Assembly: GCA_964493635.1 (NCBI GenBank)
Contig: CAZBOW010000002.1
Location: forward strand, 71,728 to 132,898
From: an uncultured Hyphomicrobiales bacterium
GTDB lineage: Bacteria; Bacteroidota; Ignavibacteria; Kapaibacteriales; Kapaibacteriaceae
Direction of reading: 5' to 3'
DNA length: 61,171 nt
Below are positions 46,548 to 55,722 of the stretch, piece after piece (positions within the stretch are counted from its first letter, which is position 1; each line of letters begins with the position of its first letter). The notes beneath the pieces were generated by a model. That model did no database searches. It was not told where the DNA came from and worked only from the letters and a program-made list of their open reading frames with translations. A program made the translations under genes and the position numbers.

Positions 46548-48143
46548 ATGATTGACTCTCACGCCCACATCGATGCCAAAGCCTTTGATGCCGACCGACC
46601 CGCCATGTTGCAACGGGCCTGGGATGCTGGTATTGAAGCCATCATTGTACCGGATATCGAGCCGTCACGACGTCCGCACCTCCAACAGGTTGTTGATAGT
46701 GATCCGCGCCTGTTCCGTGGAATTGGCATTCATCCTCACCATGCTGGTTCCGTAACGGAAGCTGATCTTCAGGCCGTGGAAGCAGGAGCTGACGCCGCTG
46801 GCGTTGTGGCGATCGGTGAAATTGGCTTGGACTATCACTACGACTTCTGCCCTCCGGAGGTCCAGCAGCACGTGTTTCGGGAGCACATTCGCATCGCCAA
46901 GCGCAAGAATCTGCCCATCATCGTCCACAATCGTGAATCCGACGAGGACGTCCTTCGCATTCTTACCGAGGAGCAGGACGGCACTCTTCGCGGAGTGCTC
47001 CATTGTTTCTCCAGTGACGCAACCGTACTGCAAAGAGCACTGGACCTTGGCATGATCGTGTCCTTTACGGGCAATATCACCTTCAAGAATTCGACCTTAC
47101 TCCCCGTGGTTGAATCCGTACCCGACGATGCCTACATGATTGAAACGGATTCACCCTACATTGCACCAGTACCTCATCGCGGAACACGGAACGAGCCGGC
47201 GCACGTTGCGCTTGTTGCGCAGAAAATTGCGGAGATTAAATCCATGGCCTATCACGATATCCTGCGAGCAACCACAACAACAGCCAAACGCTTCTTTGGC
47301 CTGACAGCGCTGATGATGGCGTTGGTGATGGCGCTGATGACATCGGTCGCCATCGCGCAGCCCACCCCACCGCGCGATGAGGACTACGAAAACGATTACG
47401 ACTGGGAGATCGCTCTGGAAAACTACTTCGCCGACAGCACTGCCTATGAGCGCTGGGTCCGACCGCGGCGAACGAGCATTGGTCTTGGCATTTCCATCGG
47501 CTCGAACACGCAGGTGGAGTCGCAGACCTTCCGACAGCGCTACGACAACTCGTACGAGGTCAACGGCAACCTTGATCGCGGTGAGCCGCGTCGGTGGACC
47601 TTCTTCAATCCCGAGCAGGGCCCGAATCGCAGCTTCTCGTTCGAGGGTCTCACGGCCATTGGTGGTACCATCACCTATAGCCCCTTCACCAGCTTGATGT
47701 TGGAGGGAACGTTCACCCACAGCCAGAACACGGGACCGGCAGAGGACTTCGGCTTGGATCCAATTACGACGAACATCGTCGAGGTGACGGGTCTGTACAA
47801 TCTCAATCCGTATAGCCGCGTAAACTTCTGGCCACAGTTTGGTGGCACGATGGCCTTCGTGGACGATGGTACGTCCCAACAGACGAAGTTCGGCATCAAC
47901 TTTGGCCTGGGCATCGGCGTAAACATTCCAACATCGATTGGCCTGTTCTATCCGATGTTTAACGTGCGGTTCAATGCCATGCTCCAACAGGATCAGAATA
48001 AGCTTGTGCAACGCTACCTCGACGAAAACGGTACGGTGGCAACCAAGTCCGACGATCCGACCAAGATCTCGGTTGATCTGGCCGATGTCAACGTGTTGTA
48101 TTCGATTCCGCGCCTGACCATTCTCTACTATCCACCATTCTAA
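46548..48143 (+). CDS. tatD: TatD-family metal-dependent hydrolase fused in frame to a signal-peptide-bearing beta-barrel-like module
   Basis: The TatD part has MIDSHAHID, EIGLDYHYD, GVLHCFSS, ETDSPY and ends ...TTTAKRFFGL at nt 47303. With no stop codon it continues into TALMMALVMALMTSVAIAQP..., followed by 270 aa ending ...LTILYYPPF. Confidence 0.75.
   Translation: MIDSHAHIDAKAFDADRPAMLQRAWDAGIEAIIVPDIEPSRRPHLQQVVDSDPRLFRGIGIHPHHAGSVTEADLQAVEAGADAAGVVAIGEIGLDYHYDFCPPEVQQHVFREHIRIAKRKNLPIIVHNRESDEDVLRILTEEQDGTLRGVLHCFSSDATVLQRALDLGMIVSFTGNITFKNSTLLPVVESVPDDAYMIETDSPYIAPVPHRGTRNEPAHVALVAQKIAEIKSMAYHDILRATTTTAKRFFGLTALMMALVMALMTSVAIAQPTPPRDEDYENDYDWEIALENYFADSTAYERWVRPRRTSIGLGISIGSNTQVESQTFRQRYDNSYEVNGNLDRGEPRRWTFFNPEQGPNRSFSFEGLTAIGGTITYSPFTSLMLEGTFTHSQNTGPAEDFGLDPITTNIVEVTGLYNLNPYSRVNFWPQFGGTMAFVDDGTSQQTKFGINFGLGIGVNIPTSIGLFYPMFNVRFNAMLQQDQNKLVQRYLDENGTVATKSDDPTKISVDLADVNVLYSIPRLTILYYPPF
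47313..48143 (+). other. Possible independent internal cistron: secreted/outer-membrane beta-barrel-like protein (276 aa)
   Basis: In-frame ATG ATG at 47313/47316 opens a typical signal peptide (MMALVMALMTSVAIAQ|P). The module has alternating hydrophobic pattern and a C-terminal aromatic F. Confidence 0.4.
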
Positions 48144-48162
48144 CGATCTAAGGTTCAGCGAG

Positions 48163-48783
48163 ATGGTCACCGTGTTAACGGGAACGGGGCTGGCATCTGA
48201 GGTAGCGGCCATTCGGCAATCCTCTGCCTCCATGCAGGACTTTCGCATGGGAGTGCATCGTATTGGTATCCATCTGGCTGTAGAGGTGTCCAAGCATCTT
48301 CCCGGCAAGAGCACAACGGTCCAAACTCCTCTGGCGCCAGCTACTGCCACGGTGGTGGATGGCGAGGTGATCTTGTTGCCTGTCCTACGGGCCGGCCTTG
48401 GACTGCTTGATGCCTTCCTCCACGTGATGCCCTATGCCAGTGTAGGCTTTGCCGGATTGCGGCGCGACGAAGCAACCCTGGAGCCAACAGAGTACTACCG
48501 ACGCTTTCCGGACTCGACGTCTACCACCACGTTTGTGATCATCGACCCTATGCTGGCAACGGCCGGAAGCATGATTGCAACACTATCGATGCTTAAGGAT
48601 CTGCCGCATCGTCGAATCATGGCTGCCTGCCTGATTGCAGCACCCGAAGGCGTCGAAGCCTTAACCGCTGCGCATCCTGATGTTCCGCTCTTCATTGCGG
48701 CTCTGGATGACCACCTCAACGAGATGGGCTTCATCGTTCCCGGTCTGGGTGATGCTGGCGATCGTCTCTTTGGCACAACATGA
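48163..48783 (+). CDS. upp: Uracil phosphoribosyltransferase
   Basis: LLPVLRAGLGLLD, IIDPMLATAGSMIATLSMLK and GFIVPGLGDAGDRLFGT. Confidence 0.93.
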   Translation: MVTVLTGTGLASEVAAIRQSSASMQDFRMGVHRIGIHLAVEVSKHLPGKSTTVQTPLAPATATVVDGEVILLPVLRAGLGLLDAFLHVMPYASVGFAGLRRDEATLEPTEYYRRFPDSTSTTTFVIIDPMLATAGSMIATLSMLKDLPHRRIMAACLIAAPEGVEALTAAHPDVPLFIAALDDHLNEMGFIVPGLGDAGDRLFGTT

Positions 48784-48845
48784 TTCTGTCTTTTCTTTGC
48801 ACGTTCTCCGATTGACAATCACCTATCATTCACAGGAGTATCCCG

Positions 48846-49058
48846 ATGATCATCTTTCACTTTGGCAAGCACAGTGTTCCTCTTGCGGACATTCACGACA
48901 TCCGCGTTGAGTACAAGTACCAGGATAACGAGATCTACGTCGACCTTGAGATCAATGGTGGTGCACAGCTGAGCCTTAATCTTCCTGACTCCCTGACGTT
49001 CATGGAGCAGTTCATGGCTCACATCCGTGAAGTGAAGAACATTCCAGCAGGATCCTAA
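48846..49058 (+). CDS. Small hypothetical protein (70 aa)
   Basis: AGGAG (48834-48838) lies 7 nt before the ATG. The ORF fills the gap between upp and the convergent PLP-enzyme gene. I recognised no motif. Confidence 0.35.
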   Translation: MIIFHFGKHSVPLADIHDIRVEYKYQDNEIYVDLEINGGAQLSLNLPDSLTFMEQFMAHIREVKNIPAGS

Positions 49059-49067
49059 CTGCTGACA

Positions 49068-50207
49068 CTACAGGAGTCGGTCGAGTGCCGTCGACAGTGC
49101 ATCAAGGTCCACCTTGCTCGTGTGGGCATGCGTACTGAATCGCAGCACTGCGTGATCGACGACATGGTGCACAACAACTTCGATACGATGGGTGTTGTAG
49201 AGCTCGTTCTTTAACCACTGGACATCAGTGGACGAGGGGAGCAGTACAGCACCCATTTGTAGTTCGTCGGCCTTCCAATCGCTGCATGCGGAAAGCCCCT
49301 TGCCCAACAACATGTGCATCCCGTAATCGCGGAGGTCACGAGCGTCCATCTGCACGAGGTTCCATTCGTTGCGGTCCATCCAGTGCAGAGCCGCCGGTAC
49401 AGTGAGAAACGGACTCACATCTCGAGTACCGAGGTATTCAACGTCGTCAACAAAGGAACCGTCACCAGCGGTTGAAATCAGATTGCCCCAGCTCACAATG
49501 AGGGGTTGTACGGCGCGATGGAGCGACGGATGGACCCACAGAAAGGCAGAACCCTTTGGCGTGCACATCCATTTGTGGAAGTTCCCCGTGTAGACGTCGG
49601 CATTGAGGGTGCCAAGATCAAGTGGCAGGTGTGCCGGAGCATGGGCTCCATCAATAACCGTTAGGATGCCATGTTCGCGAGCTCGTGCACACAGACGCTC
49701 AACTGGCAACCGTATGGCTGTGGGCGAGGTGATATGACTCAGAAACAACACGCGTGTCTTACTGGTCACCGCCGACCAGATCTGCTCCTCGATCTGATCC
49801 ATGGATGGTGCCGGAAGCGGGATGTGCGCTTCAACAACGTTGACTCCCGTCCCTTGCAGATGATGTCTCCACGCTCGCAGGCAGGCACCATACTCATGGT
49901 TCGTGGTAAGAACTTCCTCACCAGGTGCGAGCATTGTCCGCAACATCGCAGCTGCCATCGAGACACCGAACGTACTGTTCGTTACGTACACGAGGTCCGA
50001 CGGTTGAGCTCCGAGGTAGGCCGCAACATCGCGGCGAGCCCCCTGCATGAGTTCGGCGAGCTCACGATGAAACAGCACTGGCTGACGCTCGAGGCGCTCC
50101 TGCCACGATCGCTGGACGTCCAGAAGTTCGCGGGGACAGGCCCCAAAGGACCCGTGATTGAGGAAATGGATGTCGTCGCGGAGAAGGAAGTCGGCTTTAG
50201 TCAGCAT
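49068..50207 (-). CDS. Aminotransferase class V-fold PLP-dependent enzyme (isopenicillin-N-epimerase / cysteine-desulfurase-like)
   Basis: N-terminal FLNHGSFGACP, SHITSPTA, DGAHAP and a candidate PLP lysine in NFHKWMCTPKGSAFLW. Confidence 0.8.
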   Translation of the reverse strand: MLTKADFLLRDDIHFLNHGSFGACPRELLDVQRSWQERLERQPVLFHRELAELMQGARRDVAAYLGAQPSDLVYVTNSTFGVSMAAAMLRTMLAPGEEVLTTNHEYGACLRAWRHHLQGTGVNVVEAHIPLPAPSMDQIEEQIWSAVTSKTRVLFLSHITSPTAIRLPVERLCARAREHGILTVIDGAHAPAHLPLDLGTLNADVYTGNFHKWMCTPKGSAFLWVHPSLHRAVQPLIVSWGNLISTAGDGSFVDDVEYLGTRDVSPFLTVPAALHWMDRNEWNLVQMDARDLRDYGMHMLLGKGLSACSDWKADELQMGAVLLPSSTDVQWLKNELYNTHRIEVVVHHVVDHAVLRFSTHAHTSKVDLDALSTALDRLL

Positions 50208-52107
50208 CTGCGAGAATACGAAGACGAACGCTTCGTTGCGCTATTCGCTCCAGCGGTGTCCGTGCCGGACGACGGTCGGTGTTCACCAAAATGGTGAGTC
50301 GATCCATACCCAACACCGTTCGAGCTGCCTCGGCACGGCGTGTGCGAAGCCGCTGATTGACGTCCTCCGCACCAAGAGCATCGGTGCTGGCAAGAACCTG
50401 TACTCTCTGACCGCGGGCCATAGCATCTTGTGCCGTTCGGAGTACGGTGGTGTCGATCAACCGGAACGTATCGCTGCCAAAGTCGAAGTAGCCCAGAATC
50501 ATGTCGGATTCCTCGGCAGAGCAGATCACCGTGTCGATGGTACGACTACGTTCCTCGATACGCAGGAGCGTTGTTGCCGAGGCACGACTCGTCGCACCGG
50601 TAGTGTCGGTAGTTGTAATCCGAACATCAACCTCCACCGGACGGGCCGATGCCAGCGCCTTCCGATGAACCGTCAAACGAGCAACACTGCGTTCCAGTGA
50701 GGCCTGCAGGGGTTGTCCATCAGCTGTGGCCTCCACCTGCGACGTACACGGTCCGGCCTCGCACGTCAGCACATGAGCCGCGGACAGCTCAACCGGTTGG
50801 ATCATTTCCACTTCGGTGGTTCGAAGGCTGGTAAGGGGCTGTAGAACATCATTAACCAGAAACTCGATGCGACGATCTTCTGAAGCTAACTCGGGATAGG
50901 GTCCCGCACCGTGCGACTCCATCAGGATCGTAACCTTGTTTTGATCAACGGGAAGATCACGAAGCACGGCATTGAGACGTGCTTTGGCAATAGCGCGGTC
51001 TTCGTCGGCGGACGTGCCCACCACGATTGTCAAACGATGTTCAGGATGCTCGACAATGTAGGAGCGGACAGCCTGGAGAATACTCGAGAACGGGCCGATC
51101 GGTTCCGTACTCTTTGCTGCAAAGAAGATCGCCGGATAGACGCGACGGACCGTATCCGTTTGCCGGACGTCGATGGCTGGAATTACAAGTTCGCTCGCAG
51201 CATCGCTGCCAACCTGGCGAGCACCCGGCATCGTAGAGGTCAGAACAACGGAGCTCTGGAGCAGGGGGACCTGCGGCTGCTGAACAACGGCTGGCGGTGG
51301 CGGTGGTGGAGGCGGTGGTGGTACCTGCTTGGGTTCCTGCTTGGGTTCCTGTTTGACGACTGGCAGGTTCCATCGCAGCTGCGCGCCGGCGGTGAGTGTA
51401 GAGACGGCCCACGGCACGGCCGTGGTGATATTCGTCACGGGATGCTGGTATCGGAGCATCGGCGATAGTGTTATGCTCGGTGAAAGCGGAAGATCATACC
51501 GCAGAGCAAGATCAAGAGCAACCACCAATCCAGCAGCATCAGGAAGGGCATCGTTGTATTCATTGCGAACGCGGCGTCCGTTCTCGAACGTGTAGCCTTC
51601 AGGGCCGAGCAGCACCTCCTCTTGGTGAATGCTCGTAGTAACCGGCACACCTGCCTGCATGCCGGCCATTGCCCACAGACCAGAAGCCACCGGGATGGCT
51701 ACATAGGGACGCAGCGTCACCGCCGTGTACGACAACTCAAGATCGTGACCAATCACTCCCTCGCGCACGTCCTGACCATCGATGAGGTTGTAGCCACGTT
51801 GCTGCTCGTGCAGTGCCACTGGCATCATGGTAGCACCTACCATGAGGCCCACCGACAACGGACCGCCAGGAAGGCGCATGGCTGTTTGGTACTCAGCCCC
51901 GATCTCCAGGGATGCTGTCCAGCTCCACGTGTCCGTGAAGGTGACACAACACACCGGATGTGATGGAAGCTGGTAGAACTGCAGGGCATGCAGTGCCCCT
52001 CCGCCGCGAAGTTCAGCCGTTAGTGAAAGAGGACTGTGCTCCTGGGCCGACAAACCAAGGTGAAGCGTTGCAAGTAGACAGGCAAGCCAAACAGTAGCCT
52101 TCATCAT
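50197..52107 (-). CDS. OmpA-family outer-membrane protein (beta-barrel, poly-Pro hinge, two OmpA_C-like domains)
   Basis: The signal peptide is MMKATVWLACLLATLHLGLSAQ. The barrel-like part is about 255 aa and the hinge is KQEPKQEPKQVPPPPPPPPPPA. The C-terminal region YFDFGSDTF...VLASTDALGAEDVNQRLRTRRAEAARTVL fits the OmpA_C pattern. The start forms an ATGATGA overlap with the upstream stop. Confidence 0.75.
   Translation of the reverse strand: MMKATVWLACLLATLHLGLSAQEHSPLSLTAELRGGGALHALQFYQLPSHPVCCVTFTDTWSWTASLEIGAEYQTAMRLPGGPLSVGLMVGATMMPVALHEQQRGYNLIDGQDVREGVIGHDLELSYTAVTLRPYVAIPVASGLWAMAGMQAGVPVTTSIHQEEVLLGPEGYTFENGRRVRNEYNDALPDAAGLVVALDLALRYDLPLSPSITLSPMLRYQHPVTNITTAVPWAVSTLTAGAQLRWNLPVVKQEPKQEPKQVPPPPPPPPPPAVVQQPQVPLLQSSVVLTSTMPGARQVGSDAASELVIPAIDVRQTDTVRRVYPAIFFAAKSTEPIGPFSSILQAVRSYIVEHPEHRLTIVVGTSADEDRAIAKARLNAVLRDLPVDQNKVTILMESHGAGPYPELASEDRRIEFLVNDVLQPLTSLRTTEVEMIQPVELSAAHVLTCEAGPCTSQVEATADGQPLQASLERSVARLTVHRKALASARPVEVDVRITTTDTTGATSRASATTLLRIEERSRTIDTVICSAEESDMILGYFDFGSDTFRLIDTTVLRTAQDAMARGQRVQVLASTDALGAEDVNQRLRTRRAEAARTVLGMDRLTILVNTDRRPARTPLERIAQRSVRLRILADAD
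51294..51361 (-). repeat. Low-complexity coding repeat: poly-Pro run plus 12-bp (KQEP) x2-3
   Basis: The plus strand reads GGCGGTGGCGGTGGTGGAGGCGGTGGTGG followed by CTGCTTGGGTTC CTGCTTGGGTTC CTGTTTGACGAC. Confidence 0.7.
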
Positions 52108-55100
52108 CGTACAATCACCAGTGGATACGATGACATCCCAGCGGACGAGATTGCCACGAGTTGATACGTTCCGGGTAACACAGCCCGCAGATCCAAGGGC
52201 ATGACGGAGCTTCCGGTGCTGGACACCGTAGCATCGTGTGTGACAACCTGCCGACCCATCGCATCAAGGATTCGGAGGTGTACCGGTTCGTTCGTTGGAA
52301 CATGGAGCGTAACGAGCACGCGGTCTGTGGCTGGCTGCGGTGCAATCTGTTCAATGGTCGGAGCCGACGATCGTACGATCCGACGCACCGGATCATCGTG
52401 CTCGATGCGCAATGTTCCCGACCGATAGGTGATCGGTACCGTCGTGCCAAAGCCAACGGCCGACGTGTCGAAAACCAGTGGCGAAGTATCGATCTCTGCC
52501 ATGCCGGGATAGCCAACGAGTCGGGCAATCTCCATCGTGCCAGTAAACACGCCGGTAACACGGAAGGTTATGGAACGCACGCCATTACGAACGTCCTGCG
52601 ACAGAATACGAGCAGAACCAGCCGTTGTGCTGATGTCACGAGCGAGGTAGAGCCTCTCATCAACAGTAAGCGTTGCTTCTAGGAATCGCTCTCCAGCATA
52701 GGCCTGCTGCTCGGAGATGGTTGCCATAATTGGCAGAGCTGTGGTGTCTCCGCGGGGTGGCGCGCTTACGGTTGGTGCCACGAGCGTAGCCGTCCCCTTG
52801 TAGTTCGCCAGTCGTATCGTGCTGGACGCCGCACACGGTTCAACGGCAAACACCACCTCGGCAGCATCACTGATCGCACCTCCGGCATATCGCAGCGTAA
52901 TCACCACCGAATCGCGTGGTCCGATCACGATGGGGAGTGCTGTCACCACGGTTACGGGTTCGCCCGCCCCAATCGATGCCTCGGTAATGGTAAGCGGATT
53001 ATCCGAGCGATTTCGCAACACGACTTCGCGGTCCGGAATCTCCGGAATGAACGGCAGAACACTATGTGATAACTGCAAGTCTGCACCCGAACCGCGACCT
53101 TGCAGACGAATCGTCCGCTCGATGGAGCGCTGGTTCGCATAGCGAATCACCACCTTCGCCGAATCGGCACCCAAACGTCGGGGAGCAAACTCCACATCCA
53201 GCACCAGTGTCCCACCAGGTGGGATCACGGTATCCGGTACAAGATTTAGCACCCGGAATTGCGCCAATAAGCCCCGTTCAATAAAGACCGTGTTGATCAC
53301 AAGGTCCACAGCATCATTGTTTCGCAGCATTGCCAGCGTGCGGACCTGCTGCTGCCCGACGCATACGTCACCAAAGTCTTCTTCTGCCACCAGTAGGCTA
53401 AGGTTACGATCGATCGATTGCTGTTCAACGGGAATGAAGAAGATCCGTCCACAAAACTCCAGCACCATCGTATCCCGCAGCAAACCGGTATCAGCAGGGA
53501 CGCTGGTGAGCTGCACGTTCAGACAGGCCCCCGGCAGGACCGTATCGCCATTTACGTTGTTAGTGATACGCAGCCACGAACCATCGCGCAGATAACTACT
53601 GCGGATGATTGCCGGCACGGTACCCGTGTTGCACACCTCGGCCGTAAATGTCGCGATAGTCTGTTCGCCAATCAAGGCATCAGCGATGCGAAGAGGAGTC
53701 ACCGACAGTTCAACCGGAGCGATCCGGAAGACGTCGTCGGACATGTCGGTCTCCGGCGCTGAAACGCGTCGGAGCAGTGCATTCCGTGTGCTATCGATCG
53801 ACGTGCTCACGAGCGTGGAACCGTCGGGACTGAAGGCAAGGAAGGTCATGCGATTCTGGTGTCCGGCAGCCGAGCCCGTTGGCGGAAGCACCGTAGCCTG
53901 AGCCATGTCGTACACCACAAACTGAGGGCTGTACTCAAAGCCCATTGCCATAAAGGTGTTGCTCGGTGTGAACGACAGACTCACGGCTTCGCTTGTTTCG
54001 CGATAGATGATCTTTACAATCGACGATGATTCCATGTCGAAGACAAACGTGCGCTGCTCCTTGGCACCATTGGCGATATCCGTGCGACGCTTTCCGGCCA
54101 AGCCAGCCAACCGACCATCAACCGACGAAGCTACCCGGTGCACATACGGACCCACTGCCTCGAGCAATCCGGTGTTCGCTGTGCGCTCCTCGGTGCCTGT
54201 ATCGGTGTTGTAGATACTGACCGTACCGTCTAACAACGCTACAGTAAACCGTGTACCTGCCACCGACGACGACGCAATGGGGTTTCCAAAGACAATCGAT
54301 GAAGTCTCTTGCAATGTGGACGTCGTGTACCGTGCAACACGCGCCGTCTGTTGAGGTAGCACATACGTTGTTGCCCCATCGCTGCTGCTGGCTAGGGCTT
54401 GCACAAGGATATCCGATGGAAGGGCAACGGATTGTTGCGGCACCGCAGTAGCCTGTGCAAATCGCATCAAACTTCCACCGCGCCTTCCAACCTGTGCTGT
54501 ACTGACAACAACGTCCCGTGAGCCACCCACGTAGCACATGGCTACAACGCTGGCCCCGGCCTCGAGTGGTGCCCGATACGAAGCCGTTTGCTGGCCCGTG
54601 GCCACATCCCATTCGTTGATCGTGCCATCGGTATAGGCTACTACCAGATGCTGCCCCGATCGTGAATAGGCAGCTGTTGTTGCCGAGGCTTCCGGCCCCG
54701 TGAGCCACCGGGGTTCAGACGCTTGGAATTTTTGCGATACGCGAATCCGTGCACTGTCCGTAAACGTGACAGGAACCTCCCACCGGTAGGTTGAATCCAG
54801 CGTGGAGTCGATGGCAACCCATGATTGACCATTGTCGGGGGTGAACTCCACAAAGGAGTAGAATCCGGGGATAGCCCCCTTCCATCGAATGTCAACCTCC
54901 TGGCACGGAGCGAAGGACTCCCCTCCATTGGGTGCGGTGATTTGCAGGATGGTGCGCTGTGGATAGGTACGAGGATTGGCCACCACCATCAGGGTGCGGC
55001 GCATACCACCCTCGAAGTACACGGAAACCACGCCAGCAATGGGATCGGTCGTGGTTGGCGTACAAATCACATCAATGCGGTACTCCAACGGGGAGATCAC

Positions 55101-55715
55101 CATCACCGGTGGTTGTCCGGTACGGAAGGATCCCTTCCATACCACCGTGATCTCCGGATGGCTGGACGTGACGGAGTCGATCATGATCATCCGTTCCTGA
55201 CCATTTTGAAGCGCAGCCTCGGTGGCCACAACCTTCAACTTCAAGGTGTCGGAGCGCCCCACCGGTACCGATTCGAAATCGGCATAGCCCGGCAGATTCC
55301 TACTCAGGCTGTCGCGGAAGACAACGTTGGCGCCAACATTTCTGCTCAGCGGGCGGCGATAGGCAAGCGATGCCGTCTGACCCTGATGCGTCACCAACAA
55401 ATCCACGAGGAACGAATCGAACTGTGAATTCACCCATTCAATCACGTGGATGCCCTGTCCCTCGTGCGTTACGGAGGCCGGTCGCAGAGCGGTGTTGCTC
55501 TGAATCAACATCACGTTGGTAGCGGAGATGGTAAGGGGCTGTTGGTCGCTGGTAACTCTGCAGCGTACGCGAACCTTGGGATAGGCACTCAGGTCCACAT
55601 CGCTGCCACCGGAGAACGCAACGCCGGATACCTGGAGCTGTGACTGCGCCGATGGTGCCCACGCAGTCCACGCCAGCACCATCAAAAGGATACAAACGAT
55701 CCGAGGGTGTCGCAT
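52104..55715 (-). CDS. Large secreted T9SS-sorted protein: Ig-like N-region, WD40-like propeller, PapD/HYDIN-like modules
   Basis: The signal peptide is VCILLMVLAWTAWAPSAQSQ. An ITAPNGGESF...RWEVP...ARIRVS module is present. WD40-like strings (LVVAYTDGTINEWDVATG, LLDGTVSIYNTDTG, FSPDGSTLVSTSID) span aa 340-650. The modules at aa 665-975 resemble ASPM/HYDIN-type domains. The tail is IAPQPATDRVLVTL...SSYPLVIVR. Confidence 0.85.
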   Translation of the reverse strand: MRHPRIVCILLMVLAWTAWAPSAQSQLQVSGVAFSGGSDVDLSAYPKVRVRCRVTSDQQPLTISATNVMLIQSNTALRPASVTHEGQGIHVIEWVNSQFDSFLVDLLVTHQGQTASLAYRRPLSRNVGANVVFRDSLSRNLPGYADFESVPVGRSDTLKLKVVATEAALQNGQERMIMIDSVTSSHPEITVVWKGSFRTGQPPVMVISPLEYRIDVICTPTTTDPIAGVVSVYFEGGMRRTLMVVANPRTYPQRTILQITAPNGGESFAPCQEVDIRWKGAIPGFYSFVEFTPDNGQSWVAIDSTLDSTYRWEVPVTFTDSARIRVSQKFQASEPRWLTGPEASATTAAYSRSGQHLVVAYTDGTINEWDVATGQQTASYRAPLEAGASVVAMCYVGGSRDVVVSTAQVGRRGGSLMRFAQATAVPQQSVALPSDILVQALASSSDGATTYVLPQQTARVARYTTSTLQETSSIVFGNPIASSSVAGTRFTVALLDGTVSIYNTDTGTEERTANTGLLEAVGPYVHRVASSVDGRLAGLAGKRRTDIANGAKEQRTFVFDMESSSIVKIIYRETSEAVSLSFTPSNTFMAMGFEYSPQFVVYDMAQATVLPPTGSAAGHQNRMTFLAFSPDGSTLVSTSIDSTRNALLRRVSAPETDMSDDVFRIAPVELSVTPLRIADALIGEQTIATFTAEVCNTGTVPAIIRSSYLRDGSWLRITNNVNGDTVLPGACLNVQLTSVPADTGLLRDTMVLEFCGRIFFIPVEQQSIDRNLSLLVAEEDFGDVCVGQQQVRTLAMLRNNDAVDLVINTVFIERGLLAQFRVLNLVPDTVIPPGGTLVLDVEFAPRRLGADSAKVVIRYANQRSIERTIRLQGRGSGADLQLSHSVLPFIPEIPDREVVLRNRSDNPLTITEASIGAGEPVTVVTALPIVIGPRDSVVITLRYAGGAISDAAEVVFAVEPCAASSTIRLANYKGTATLVAPTVSAPPRGDTTALPIMATISEQQAYAGERFLEATLTVDERLYLARDISTTAGSARILSQDVRNGVRSITFRVTGVFTGTMEIARLVGYPGMAEIDTSPLVFDTSAVGFGTTVPITYRSGTLRIEHDDPVRRIVRSSAPTIEQIAPQPATDRVLVTLHVPTNEPVHLRILDAMGRQVVTHDATVSSTGSSVMPLDLRAVLPGTYQLVAISSAGMSSYPLVIVR

Positions 55716-55722
55716 AGGAGTG

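Noticed and set aside
52746-52754. An RGD tripeptide (PPRGDTT) in the 1,203-aa T9SS protein.
   Set aside because: A tripeptide is expected by chance in a protein of this size, and there is no supporting context.
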